A stretch of DNA of 64,000 bases from Eledone cirrhosa. Taxonomy: Eukaryota. The position numbers and the translations under genes were made by a program. Of this stretch, positions 1 through 10,879 are shown piece by piece (within the stretch, counting starts at the first letter, position 1; the number at the start of each line of letters is the position of its first letter). The notes beneath the pieces are model-generated. The model was not told the DNA's origin and made no database searches. It worked only from the letters and a program-made list of their open reading frames with translations. Location of the stretch: NCBI GenBank assembly GCA_964016885.1, contig OZ024766.1, positions 18,166,001-18,230,000 on the forward strand, read 5' to 3'.

Positions 1-1
1 T

Positions 2-318
2 ATTTACCAAAAAGAAGAACAAGTCAACATCATTGGATACCATCAGAGTCGCAGGTGTTATATCAGAGTTTTCCTTCTCCTAGAATTCTGCCTTGACAAA
101 GGCTAAGGGGTCATCTCTCCCGGTGATTTTGGATGGCCATTGACTCTTAAGAGCTCCCTTGCCCTTTGACAGGTTTTGTTTTTAGTCCTGCAGGATGTCC
201 AAAGTCACCCTCCTCACCAAGAAACCTTGGTGGGGTTGCCAGTTTAGTCGCCAACGACCCGACCATGAGACAGGTTGTACTGGAATACATGTTACCAGTA
301 GCACCAACTGGTGACCTG
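2..318. repeat. Dispersed repeat fragment, also at 1406-1656 and 2042-2290
   Basis: Near-identical tttaccaaaaagaagaacaagtcaacatcattggataccatcag... in three places. Confidence 0.85.
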
Positions 319-320
319 AC

Positions 321-359
<39 letters not shown>

Positions 360-427
360 CATACATACATACATACATACAGTACAGGTATATTTATATA
401 TATATATATATATACATGTACAGGTAT

Positions 428-473
<46 letters not shown>

Positions 474-525
474 CATACACGTATAGGTATATATATATAT
501 ATATACACCTATACGTGTATGTATG

Positions 526-556
<31 letters not shown>

Positions 557-663
557 GAATTGGTGCTCTGAAATAGCCATATATATATGAATGTATATAT
601 ATACATACATACATACACGTATATATATATACATACATACATACACGTATATATATATATATA

Positions 664-1130
664 TATATGAAGACAAACATAGAATATTCGAAAATATTCT
701 GTATGTTTATAATAAACATTTTGAAGACCTAATCGCTATAGAATAGAATACGTCACGTATTACAATTTGAGATTCTCGATAAAAGCAAGGGAAGTAATCT
801 ACGCGTTTCATTCTTGTTAGAAATCTTCAGGATTACATATCCAGTGCTTTTATCGAGAACGACACAGCTAGAGACTTATAGAATACTTAGCTGTGTACAG
901 GAACTGGTTTGAAAGAGCGGTAGCCGGTCCGGCAGAAATTAGAATTTGGATTTAATGCTCTGAAATAGCGATATATATGTGAAGATAGACATAGAATATT
1001 CGAAAATATTCTGTATGTTTATAATAAACATACAGATGGGTCTTCAAAATGTTTATTATAAACATACAGAATATTTTCGAATATTCTATGTTTGTCTTCA
1101 CATATATATCGCTATTTCAGAGCATTAAAT
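664..1130. mobile_element. Fold-back element in (TA)n with inverted ~65-100 bp arms enclosing the hammerhead motif (Penelope-like terminal fragment)
   Basis: gaagacaaacatagaatattcgaaaatattctgtatgtttataataaac occurs at ~669 and ~980 and inverted at ~1052-1100. Confidence 0.6.
794..836 (-). ncRNA. Type-I minimal hammerhead ribozyme motif (Penelope-like)
   Basis: Minus strand: GUAAUC-CUGAAGA-U-UUCU(AACA)AGAA-U-GAAA-CGCG-UA-GAUUAC. Perfect 6-bp helix I, 4-bp helix II, palindromic loop 3. Confidence 0.75.
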
Positions 1131-1185
1131 CCAAATATATATATATATATATATATACATATATATAATCAATATTAATACATAC

Positions 1186-1334
1186 CTGAGATCAAGAATA
1201 CAAATGGCTGCCTTGGCACATATAGAGATGTCTGGGTGATTGAGGAGGTCACGAAAGCAAGCCATTGCTCCAGCTCGGAGTGCCTCACTTGTGTTGACCA
1301 TCATACAGAAGTGGAGGGTGTCCAATGTCAGGGT
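1186..1334 (-). CDS. RSPH14: RSPH14-like exon (TLTLDTLHFCMMVNTSEALRAGAMACFRDLLNHPDISICAKAAICILDL); gene continues beyond the window start
   Basis: ccctacag| acceptor, CTCAG|gtatgt donor, phases 0/2; resembles human ILDTLVLCLQEDATEAL...NIRSKAARALLNV. Confidence 0.9.
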
Positions 1335-1362
1335 CTGTAGGGTGGAAAACAGGGGATAGATA

Positions 1363-1407
<45 letters not shown>

Positions 1408-1684
1408 TTACCAAAAAGAAGAACAAGTCAACATCATTGGATACCATCAGGGTTGCAGGTGTTATATCAGAGTTTTCCTTCTCCTAGAATTCTGCCTTGA
1501 CAAAGGCTAAGGGGTCATCTCTCCCGGTGATTTTGGATGGCCATTGACTCTTAAGAGCTCCTTTATCATTGGATACCATCAGGGTTGCAGGTGTTATATC
1601 AGAGTGTTCCTTCTCCTAGAATTCTGCCTTGACAAAGGCTAAGGGGTCATCTCTCCCTGTGTGTATATATATATATATATACAT

Positions 1685-1717
<33 letters not shown>

Positions 1718-1754
1718 CATACATACACACACACACATATATATATATATATAT

Positions 1755-2584
1755 GGTGGCTGCCAACTCGTTTTCGAGTACGGCCACTACTTTATATCCA
1801 TGTAGGAGAACCCCTACCGATGCGCTAAACAAGTGTGACTTAGTCCAGCCAGCGACTTGAAAACTCTGGTACAAACACTACACTTGTGACAATTATTGAC
1901 ACATAGTGCTAGGCCCATGGTACCATGTGACGACAAGTGCAGAGAGATCTCCAGATATAAAGCAATGCCTGAGCCGTGAAGCTTTTATAGTGAGCAAAGG
2001 CACTGCACAAAGCCAGTCCCACTCTCTTAACCAAGATGATTTTTACCAAAAAGAAGAACAAGTCAACATCATTGGATACCATCAGGGTTGCAGGTGTTAT
2101 ATCAGAGTCTTCCTTCTCCTAGAATTCTGCCTTGACAAAGGCTAAGGGGTCATCTCTCCCGGTGATTTTGGATGGCCATTGACTCTTAAGAGCTCCTTTG
2201 CCCTTTGACAGGTTTTGTTTTTAGTCCTGCAGGATGTCCAAAGTCACCCTCCTCACCAAGAAACCTTGGTGGGGTTGCCAGTTTAGTCGGTAAATATCAT
2301 CTTGGTTAAGAGAGTGGGACTGGCTTTGTGCAGTGCCTTTGCTCACTATAAAAGCTTCACGGCACAGGCATTGCTTTATATCTGGAGATCTCTCTGCACT
2401 TGTCGTCACATGGTACCATGGGCCCAGCAATATGTGTCAGTAATTGTCACAAGTGCAATGTTTGTACCAGAGTTTTCAAGTCGCTGGCGGGACTAAAATG
2501 TCACACTCGTTCAGCGCATCAGTAGGGGTTCTCCTACATGGATATAAAGTAGTGGCCGTACTCGAAAACGAGTTGGCAGCCACC
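1755..2584. mobile_element. MITE/fold-back-like element: ~290-bp inverted arms around a ~245-bp spacer, flanked by (TA)n
   Basis: ggtggctgccaactcgttttcgagtac... at 1755 and its reverse complement ending ...gagttggcagccacc at 2584. Confidence 0.8.
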
Positions 2585-2595
2585 ATATATATATG

Positions 2596-3016
2596 TATAA
2601 ACGTTTGTATTTGTAAAGCCAAAACAATGCAGGTATGGACATAGAATAAAAATGCAAATGCAAAAGATATTGTTGACAATTAGTCTTTTACCTTAGATTT
2701 ATTTAAATGTCCTTAATTTTCGAGATAATATCTCTTCTTCGGAGGGAAGTAAAGGGGTTAAACCAGCGTTCTAAATAGCTTGCCAAGTCATGCTGACAGG
2801 AAATGGTATTTAGAATGACTTGGCAAGCTATTTAGAACACTGGTTTAACCACTTTACTTCCCTCCGAAGAAGAGATATTATCTCGAAAATTAAGGACATT
2901 TAAATAAATTTAAGGTAAAAGACTTATTGTCAACAATATCTTTTGCATTTGCATTCTTTATTCTATGTCCATACCTGCATTGTTTTGGCTTTATTATACA
3001 AATACAAACGTTTATA
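2596..3016. mobile_element. Fold-back element (~195-bp arms) with a degenerate hammerhead core in each arm
   Basis: Arms 2596-2791 and 2815-3016 are reverse complements; CCGAAGA-a-gagat(att)atctc-GAAA at ~2864-2888. Confidence 0.7.
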
Positions 3017-3060
3017 CCTCATTACACAATGCTTCACGTGAACTATAACTTCCTCCATAT

Positions 3061-3435
3061 ATCATCATTTCATCATCATTTCATTTTACGTCCGCTTTTT
3101 CCCTGCTTGCAAGGGTGGGACGGGAACCGATTCTGGCTTGATTTCTACAGCTGGATGCCCTTCCTAACACCAACCTCATTTACAGTGAGTGCTGGGTGCT
3201 TTTTTGCCGTGGCACCTCCACGACCACTTTACAGTGAGTGCTGGGTGCTTTTTTACCGTGGCACCTCCACGACCACTTTGCAGTGGAACGATATGGACCC
3301 CAGTCCCTATCATCTCATTTCTACAGCTGAGTAAACTGGAGCAATGTCAAATAAAGTGTCTTGCTCAAGGAAACAACACATCACCCGGTCTGAGGATTGA
3401 ACTCACAACCTTTCTAACCACTAAGCCATGTGCCT
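3061..3435 (-). mobile_element. tRNA-derived CORE-like SINE, family A (~2 internal 49-bp units)
   Basis: Minus strand: ggcacatggcttagtggttag (A box), gtgagttcaatc (B box), ccttgagcaagacactttat core, (atg)n tail. Confidence 0.75.
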
Positions 3436-3744
3436 ATATATATGTACAAATGAATATATGATAGGGATAAACACTGATACAAGTATACATGTGTTCGCAT
3501 GGCAAATGACCAAGTTAGCTAGATTGAAAAATACTAATTAAAATAATAAGGTTTGCCTGTCTCGATTTAAAATAATAAATCAATAAAAACAAACCTATAT
3601 TGGCAACAGCCGTGATACCTGGACAAATTCTAAATTTGTTTCGCAACAATTAAGTGAAAGTTCCTATTTCTGTGCTCTTCTGCAGGTATCCAGCAATTGG
3701 TAAGTTTCACTTCAAAATACTTAAGAAGACTGAGAGAAATGTGT

Positions 3745-4916
3745 TGTCGATTGGCTGCTATTTTTAGCGGCACGAGATTGGGACGAGCTAGGCGCTGGGA
3801 GATATCTGCACAACCCCACTTTCCAGCATGGTGATTGGACTACATGCCCTGCTTTCCAGGTTACCCTTTGTCACTGCTATATAAATGATGGTAGTCGAAC
3901 GGCTGCTATTTTTAGCGGCACGAGTGTGGGACGAGCTAGGCGCTGGGAGATATCTGCACACCCCCACTTTCCAGCATGGCGATTGGACTGCATACCCTGC
4001 TTTCCAGGTTACCCTTTGTCACTGCTATATAAATGATGGTAGTCGAACGGCTGCTATTTTTAGCGGCACGAGTGTGGGACGAGCTAGGCGCTGGGAGATA
4101 TCTGCACAACCCCACTTTCCAGCATGGCGATTGGACTGCATGCCCTGCTTTCCAGGTTACCCTTCGTCACTGCTATATAAATGATGGTAGTCGAGCGGCT
4201 GCTATTTTTAGCGGCACGAGTATGGGACGAGCTAGGTGCTGGGAGATATCTGCACAACCCCACTTTCCAGCATGGTGATTGGACTACATGCCCTGCTTTC
4301 CAGGTTACCCTTCGTCACTGCTATATAAATGATGGTAGTCGAGCGGCTGCTATTTTTAGCGGCACGAGTATGGGACGAGCTAGGCGCTGGGAGATATCTG
4401 CACACCCCCACTTTCCAGCATGGCGATTGGACTGCATGCCCTGCTTTCCAAGGTACCCTTCGTCACTGCTATATAAATGATGGTAGTCGAGCGGCTGCTA
4501 TTTTTAGTGGCACGAGTGTGTCACGATGCTAGGTGCTGGGAGATATCTGCACAACCCCACTTTCCAGCATGGTGATTGGACTGCATACCCTGCTTTCCAG
4601 GTTACCCTTCGTCACTGCTATATAAATGATGGTAGTCGAGCGGCTGCTATTTTTAGTGGCACGAGTGTGGGACGAGCTAGGCGCTGGGAGATATCTGCAC
4701 AGCCCCACTTTCCAGCATGGCGATTGGACTGCATACCCTGCTTTCCAGGTTACCCTTCGTCACTGCTATATAAATGATGGTAGTCGAGCGGCTGCTATTT
4801 TTAGTGGCACGAGTGTGTCACGATGCTAGGTGCTGGGAGATATCTGCACAACACCACTTTCAGCCATGGCGATTGGACTGCATACCCTGCTTTCCAGGTT
4901 ACCCTTCGTCACTGCT
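3745..4916. repeat. 148-bp tandem repeat, ~8 copies
   Basis: Recurrent gctgggagatatctgcacaaccccactttccagcatgg at a 148-bp period. Confidence 0.95.
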
Positions 4917-5120
4917 ATGAAATCATATCCGCTCTCTTGCTCTGGAACCCTGACTCCAGCCTGACTAGGAGTATGAAGCTGTCATTCCCTGACGTTATCT
5001 CTAGGGATACGGGGAATCAGCAGACAGGACCGGGGGGCAGCGATGGGGGACAGGGGATTCTGGGGCATGAGAGTGAGATCCATCATCTCGACAGTAGTCG
5101 ACGAGTGATGAGTGATGATG
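4917..5120 (+). mobile_element. RTE-like LINE 3' end fragment
   Basis: EIISALLLWNPDSSLTRS.KLSFPDVISRDTG, nearly identical to 54822-55020; (tga)n tail. Confidence 0.8.
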
Positions 5121-5151
5121 AAATGATGGTAATGAAAGGGTTGATTCTTAC

Positions 5152-5228
5152 CAATATTTCCCTATCATCTTCAGCAAGTTTCTTCACTAAAATTTCAATC
5201 AGGTCTACATCCAGTATAGCCTCAGCTC
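5152..5228 (-). CDS. RSPH14: RSPH14-like exon (GAEAILDVDLIEILVKKLAEDDREIL)
   Basis: tcaaccag| acceptor, ATATTG|gtaaga donor, phases 1/0; resembles human GAQEIISKGLISSLVWKL. Confidence 0.9.
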
Positions 5229-8100
5229 CTGGTTGACACAGACAGACGAAGGTAACAAAAAAAAAAAAAAATCCATTGTTTTAATATAGAGAAGCAGCAG
5301 AGGGGAAGCAGAAGGCGAAGAAAGAGAACTGAATTCTTAACTCTTTCTACCCTATGAAACCTCATTAGCAAGGTAAGCTTGGAATGTACAAAACTCCTGG
5401 TTGACACAGACAGACGAAGGTAAAAAAAAAAAAAAAAAAAAAATCCATTGTTTTAATATAGAGAAGCAGCAGAGGGGAAGCAGAAGGCGAAGAAAGAGAA
5501 CTGAATTCTTAACTCTTTCTACCCTATGAAACCTCATTAGCAAGGTAAGCTTGGAATGTACAAAACTCCTGGTTGACACAGACAGACGAAGGTAAAAAAA
5601 AATCAAAAAAAATCCATTGTTTTAATATAGAGAAGCAGCAGAGGGGAAGCAGAAGGCGAAGAAAGAGAACTGAATTCTTAACTCTTTCTACCCTATGAAA
5701 CCTCATTAGCAAGGTAAGCTTGGAATGTACAAAACTCCTGGTTGACACAGACAGACGAAGGTAACAAAAAAAAAAAAAAAAAATCCATTGTTTTAATATA
5801 GAGAAGCAGCAGAGGGAAGCAGAAGGCGAAGAAAGAGAACTGAATTCTTAACTCTTTCTACCCTATGAAACCTCATTAGCAAGGTAAGCTTGGAATGTAC
5901 AAAACTCCTGGTTGACACAGACAGACGAAGGTAAAAAAAAATCAAAAAAAATTCATTGTTTTAATATAGAGAAGCAGCAGAGGGGAAGCAGAAGGCGAAG
6001 AAAGAGAACTGAATTCTTAACTCTTTCTACCCTATGAAACCTCATTAGCAAGGTAAGCTTGGAATGTACAAAACTCCTGGTTGACACAGACAGACGAAGG
6101 TAACAAAAAAAAAAAAAAATCCATTGTTTTAATATAGAGAAGCAGCAGAGGGGAAGCAGAAGGCGAAGAAAGAGAACTGAATTCTTAACTCTTTCTACCC
6201 TATGAAACCTCATTAGCAAGGTAAGCTTGGAATGTACAAAACTCCTGGTTGACACAGACAGACGAAGGTAACAAAAAAAAAAAAAAAATCCATTGTTTTA
6301 ATATAGAGAAGCAGCAGAGGGGAAGCAGAAGGCGAAGAAAGAGAACTGAATTCTTAACTCTTTCTACCCTATGAAACCTCATTAGCAAGGTAAGCTTGGA
6401 ATGTACAAAACTCCTGGTTGACACAGACAGACGAAGGTAAAAAAAAATCAAAAAAAATCCATTGTTTTAATATAGAGAAGCAGCAGAGGGGAAGCAGAAG
6501 GCGAAGAAAGAGAACTGAATTCTTAACTCTTTCTACCCTATGAAACCTCATTAGCAAGGTAAGCTTGGAATGTACAAAACTCCTGGTTGACACAGACAGA
6601 CGAAGGTAAAAAAAAATCAAAAAAAATCCATTGTTTTAATATAGAGAAGCAGCAGAGGGGAAGCAGAAGGCGAAGAAAGAGAACTGAATTCTTAACTCTT
6701 TCTACCCTATGAAACCTCATTAGCAAGGTAAGCTTGGAATGTACAAAACTCCTGGTTGACACAGACAGACGAAGGTAAAAAAAAATCAAAAAAAATCCAT
6801 TGTTTTAATATAGAGAAGCAGCAGAGGGGAAGCAGAAGGCGAAGAAAGAGAACTGAATTCTTAACTCTTTCTACCCTATGAAACCTCATTAGCAAGGTAA
6901 GCTTGGAATGTACAAAACTCCTGGTTGACACAGACAGACGAAGGTAAAAAAAAATCAAAAAAAATCCATTGTTTTAATATAGAGAAGCAGCAGAGGGGAA
7001 GCAGAAGGCGAAGAAAGAGAACTGAATTCTTAACTCTTTCTACCCTATGAAACCTCATTAGCAAGGTAAGCTTGGAATGTACAAAACTCCTGGTTGACAC
7101 AGACAGACGAAGGTAAAAAAAAATCAAAAAAAATTCATTGTTTTAATATAGAGAAGCAGCAGAGGGGAAGCAGAAGGCGAAGAAAGAGAACTGAATTCTT
7201 AACTCTTTCTACCCTATGAAACCTCATTAGCAAGGTAAGCTTGGAATGTACAAAACTCCTGGTTGACACAGACAGACGAAGGTAAAAAAAAATCAAAAAA
7301 AATCCATTGTTTTAATATAGAGAAGCAGCAGAGGGGAAGCAGAAGGCGAAGAAAGAGAACTGAATTCTTAACTCTTTCTACCCTATGAAACCTCATTAGC
7401 AAGGTAAGCTTGGAATGTACAAAACTCCTGGTTGACACAGACAGACGAAGGTAAAAAAAAATCAAAAAAAATCCATTGTTTTAATATAGAGAAGCAGCAG
7501 AGGGGAAGCAGAAGGCGAAGAAAGAGAACTGAATTCTTAACTCTTTCTACCCTATGAAACCTCATTAGCAAGGTAAGCTTGGAATGTACAAAACTCCTGG
7601 TTGACACAGACAGACGAAGGTAAAAAAAAATCAAAAAAAATTCATTGTTTTAATATAGAGAAGCAGCAGAGGGGAAGCAGAAGGCGAAGAAAGAGAACTG
7701 AATTCTTAACTCTTTCTACCCTATGAAACCTCATTAGCAAGGTAAGCTTGGAATGTACAAAACTCCTGGTTGACACAGACAGACGAAGGTAAAAAAAAAT
7801 CAAAAAAAATCCATTGTTTTAATATAGAGAAGCAGCAGAGGGGAAGCAGAAGGCGAAGAAAGAGAACTGAATTCTTAACTCTTTCTACCCTATGAAACCT
7901 CATTAGCAAGGTAAGCTTGGAATGTACAAAACTCCTGGTTGACACAGACAGACGAAGGTAAAAAAAAATCAAAAAAAATTCATTGTTTTAATATAGAGAA
8001 GCAGCAGAGGGGAAGCAGAAGGCGAAGAAAGAGAACTGAATTCTTAACTCTTTCTACCCTATGAAACCTCATTAGCAAGGTAAGCTTGGAATGTACAAAA
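5226..8100. repeat. 169-bp tandem repeat, ~17 copies, each containing the exon's 3' splice site
   Basis: ctcctggttgacacagacagacgaaggtaa(a)n recurs every ~169 bp. Confidence 0.95.
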
Positions 8101-8299
8101 CAACATAATCACTGTGTTTACGCGTTTATAATTTAATACTCATACACATGTCAGCTTGTTGATTCTAGAATAGTTCCTTACCGTGGGGGCTTCTCCGCAT
8201 CTCACCGGGGGGTGGGGTTGGGGGGTGTAATCAGATCCTATCCTCTCCCCTCCCCTTCACAAATACTAACAACAGGTCCTTAACGTGGGGGAGTTCTCC

Positions 8300-8650
8300 C
8301 CCACCCTATCACCCTGCCCTCATAATACCACAACAAGTCCTTACCTTGAGGGCTCTGTCCCACCCTATCACCCTGCCCTCACAATACCACAACAAGTCCT
8401 TACCTTGAGGGCTCTGTCCCACCCTATCACCCTGCCCTCACAATACCACAACAAGCCCTTACCTTGAGGGCTCTGTCCCACCCTATCACCTTGACCTCAA
8501 TACCACAACAAGCCCTTACCTTGAGGGCTCTGTCCCCACCCTATCACCCTGCCCTCACAATACCACAACAAGCCCTTACCTTGAGGGCTCTGTCCCACCC
8601 TATCACCCTGCCCTCACAATACCACAACAAGCCCTTACCTTGAGGGCTCT
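8300..8650. repeat. ~59-bp tandem repeat, ~6 copies, each containing the exon's 5' splice site
   Basis: ccttaccttgagggctct at ~8339, 8398, 8457, 8514, 8574 and 8633. Confidence 0.9.
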
Positions 8651-8773
8651 CCGCCAACATCTCGATGGTTTTGTGAGCTTTCACCCTCACCGCTAGTTCA
8701 GGGTCGTAAAACAGCGCCGCGATACGGTGGACCATGTTGAGTTCAATGAGGGCATTCCTTCCAATGGCGTGGC
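8639..8773 (-). CDS. RSPH14: RSPH14-like exon (CHAIGRNALIELNMVHRIAALFYDPELAVRVKAHKTIEMLAESPQ)
   Basis: tgttag| acceptor, CAAG|gtaagg donor, phases 1/1; resembles human [25 protein letters not shown]. Confidence 0.9.
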
Positions 8774-8796
8774 CTAACATTGAGAGAATGGTAGAG

Positions 8797-10478
8797 ATGG
8801 TGGTGTATTGGGGGTGTGGTGGTTGTGGTGTGGTGTGTGGTGGTGTGGTGTGGTGCATTGGTGGTTGTGGTGTGGTGTGGTGTGGCGTGGTGTGGTGTAG
8901 TGTGGTGGCATGGCGTAGTGTGGTGTGGTGTGGTGTGGTGTGGTGTGGTGTGGTGTGGTGTGGTGTGGTGTGGTGCGGTGCGGTGCGGTGCGGTGCGATG
9001 CGGTGCGGTGTATTGGGGGTGTGGTGTGTGGCGTGGTGTGGTGTGTGGCGTGGTGTGGTGTGGTGTGGCGTGGCGTGGTGTAGTCTGGTGTGGCGTGGCG
9101 TAGCGTAGTGTAGTGTGGTGTGGTGTAGTCTGGTGTGGTGTGGTGTAGCGTGGTGTGGTGTGGTGTGGTGGCGTGGCGTAGCATAGTGTAGTGGTGTGTA
9201 GTGTGGTGTAGTGTAGTGTAGTCTGGTGTGGTGTGGTGTAGCGTGGTGTGGTGTGGCGTGGCGTAGCGTAGTGTAGTGTAGTGTAGTGTGGTGTGGTGTG
9301 GTGTGGTGTGGTGGCGTAGCGTAGTGTAGTGTAGTGTGGTGTGGTGTGGTGTGGTGTGGTGGCGTAGCGTAGTGTAGTGTAGTGTAGTGTGGTGTGGTGT
9401 AGTGTGGTGTGATGGCGTGGCGTGGCGTAGTGTAGTGTAGTGTGGTGTAGTGTGGTGTGGTGTGGTGTGATGGCGTGGCGTAGTGTAGTGTAGTGTGGTG
9501 TAGTGTGGTGTGGTGTGGTGGCGTAGTGTAGTGTGGTGTGGTGTGGTGTGGTGTGATGGCGTGGCGTGGCGTAGTGTAGTGTAGTGTGGTGTAGTGTGGT
9601 GTGGTGTGGTGGCGTAGCGTAGTGTGGTGTGGTGTGGTGTGGTGTGATGGCGTGGCGTGGCGTAGTGTAGTGTAGTGTAGTGTGGTGTGGTGTGGTGTGG
9701 TGGCGTAGCGTAGTGTGGTGTGGTGTAGTGTGGTGTGATGGCGTGGCGTGGCGTAGCGTAGTGTAGTGTGGTGTGGTGTGGTGGCGTAGCGTAGTGTGGT
9801 GTGGTGTGGTGTGGTGTGATGGCGTGGCGTGGCGTAGTGTAGTGTAGTGTAGTGTGGTGTGGTGTGGTGTGGTGTGGCGTGGCGTAGTGTAGTGTGGTGT
9901 AGTGTAGTGTGGTGTGGTGTGGTGGCGTAGCGTAGTGTGGTGTAGTGTAGTGTGGTGTGGTGTGGTGTGGCGTGGCGTAGTGTAGTGTAGTGTAGTGTGG
10001 TGTGGTGTGGTGTGGTGGCGTAGCGTAGTGTGGTGTAGTGTAGTGTGGTGTGGTGTGGCGTGGCGTGGCGTAGTGTAGTGTAGTGTAGTGTGGTGTGGTG
10101 TGGTGTGGTGGCGTAGCGTAGTGTGGTGTAGTGTAGTGTGGTGTGGTGTGGCGTGGCGTGGCGTAGTGTAGTGTAGTGTAGTGTAGTGTGGTGTGGTGTG
10201 GTGGTGTAGCGTAGTGTGGTGTGGTGTGGTGTGGTGTGATGGCGTGGCGTAGTGTAGTGTAGTGTAGTGTAGTGTGGTGTGGTGTGGTGGCGTAGCGTAG
10301 TGCGGTGTAGTGTGGTGTGGTGTGGTGTGATGGCGTGGCGTGGCGTAGCGTAGTGTAGTGTAGTGTGGTGTAGTGTAGTATGGTGTGGTGGCGTAGCGTA
10401 GTGTGGTGTGGTGTGGTGTGGTGTGGTGTGATGGCGTGGCGTAGCGTAGTGTAGTGTGGTGTAGTATGGTGTGGTGTG
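8797..10478. repeat. Compound pentanucleotide satellite (GTGTG/GTAGT/GGCGT)n
   Basis: Direct inspection. Confidence 0.95.
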
Positions 10479-10740
10479 AAACGAAATTTCATTTCTCACC
10501 CTTAGTACGGCTGTTTACAAACACACAGAGCATTGTAATAAATGTTCAGTAAATCCATACGTACATATATATATATGTGTGCATATATAATATATATATA
10601 TATAATATATGTGTGCATGTATGTATATATATATACATACTACTGTACGTCTGTACACATATATGTATGTACGTATATATACATACTTACATTTAAGTAT
10701 CAGCCGAACTAAGAGTGAGAAATGAAATTTCGTTTCATTC
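10478..10740. mobile_element. Small element with ~37-bp terminal inverted repeats; related copy at ~51598-51880
   Basis: gaaacgaaatttcatttctcacccttagtacggctg ... cagccgaactaagagtgagaaatgaaatttcgtttc. Confidence 0.6.
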
Positions 10741-10879
10741 TTTTCCATTTTTATATATATATATATATATCATCATCATCATCATCATCAACGTTTAACG
10801 TCCATGTTCCACGCTTTCATGGGTTCGGACGAGAGTTTTCCCACTTGAGGCAAGAGTGGTTGTCTTGCTCGCATAGGAC

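Noticed and set aside
5226-8100. CRISPR-like array, or tandem exon duplication
   Set aside because: No unique spacers and no cas genes; eukaryotic context; units contain only 3 exon bases and no strong sense donor.
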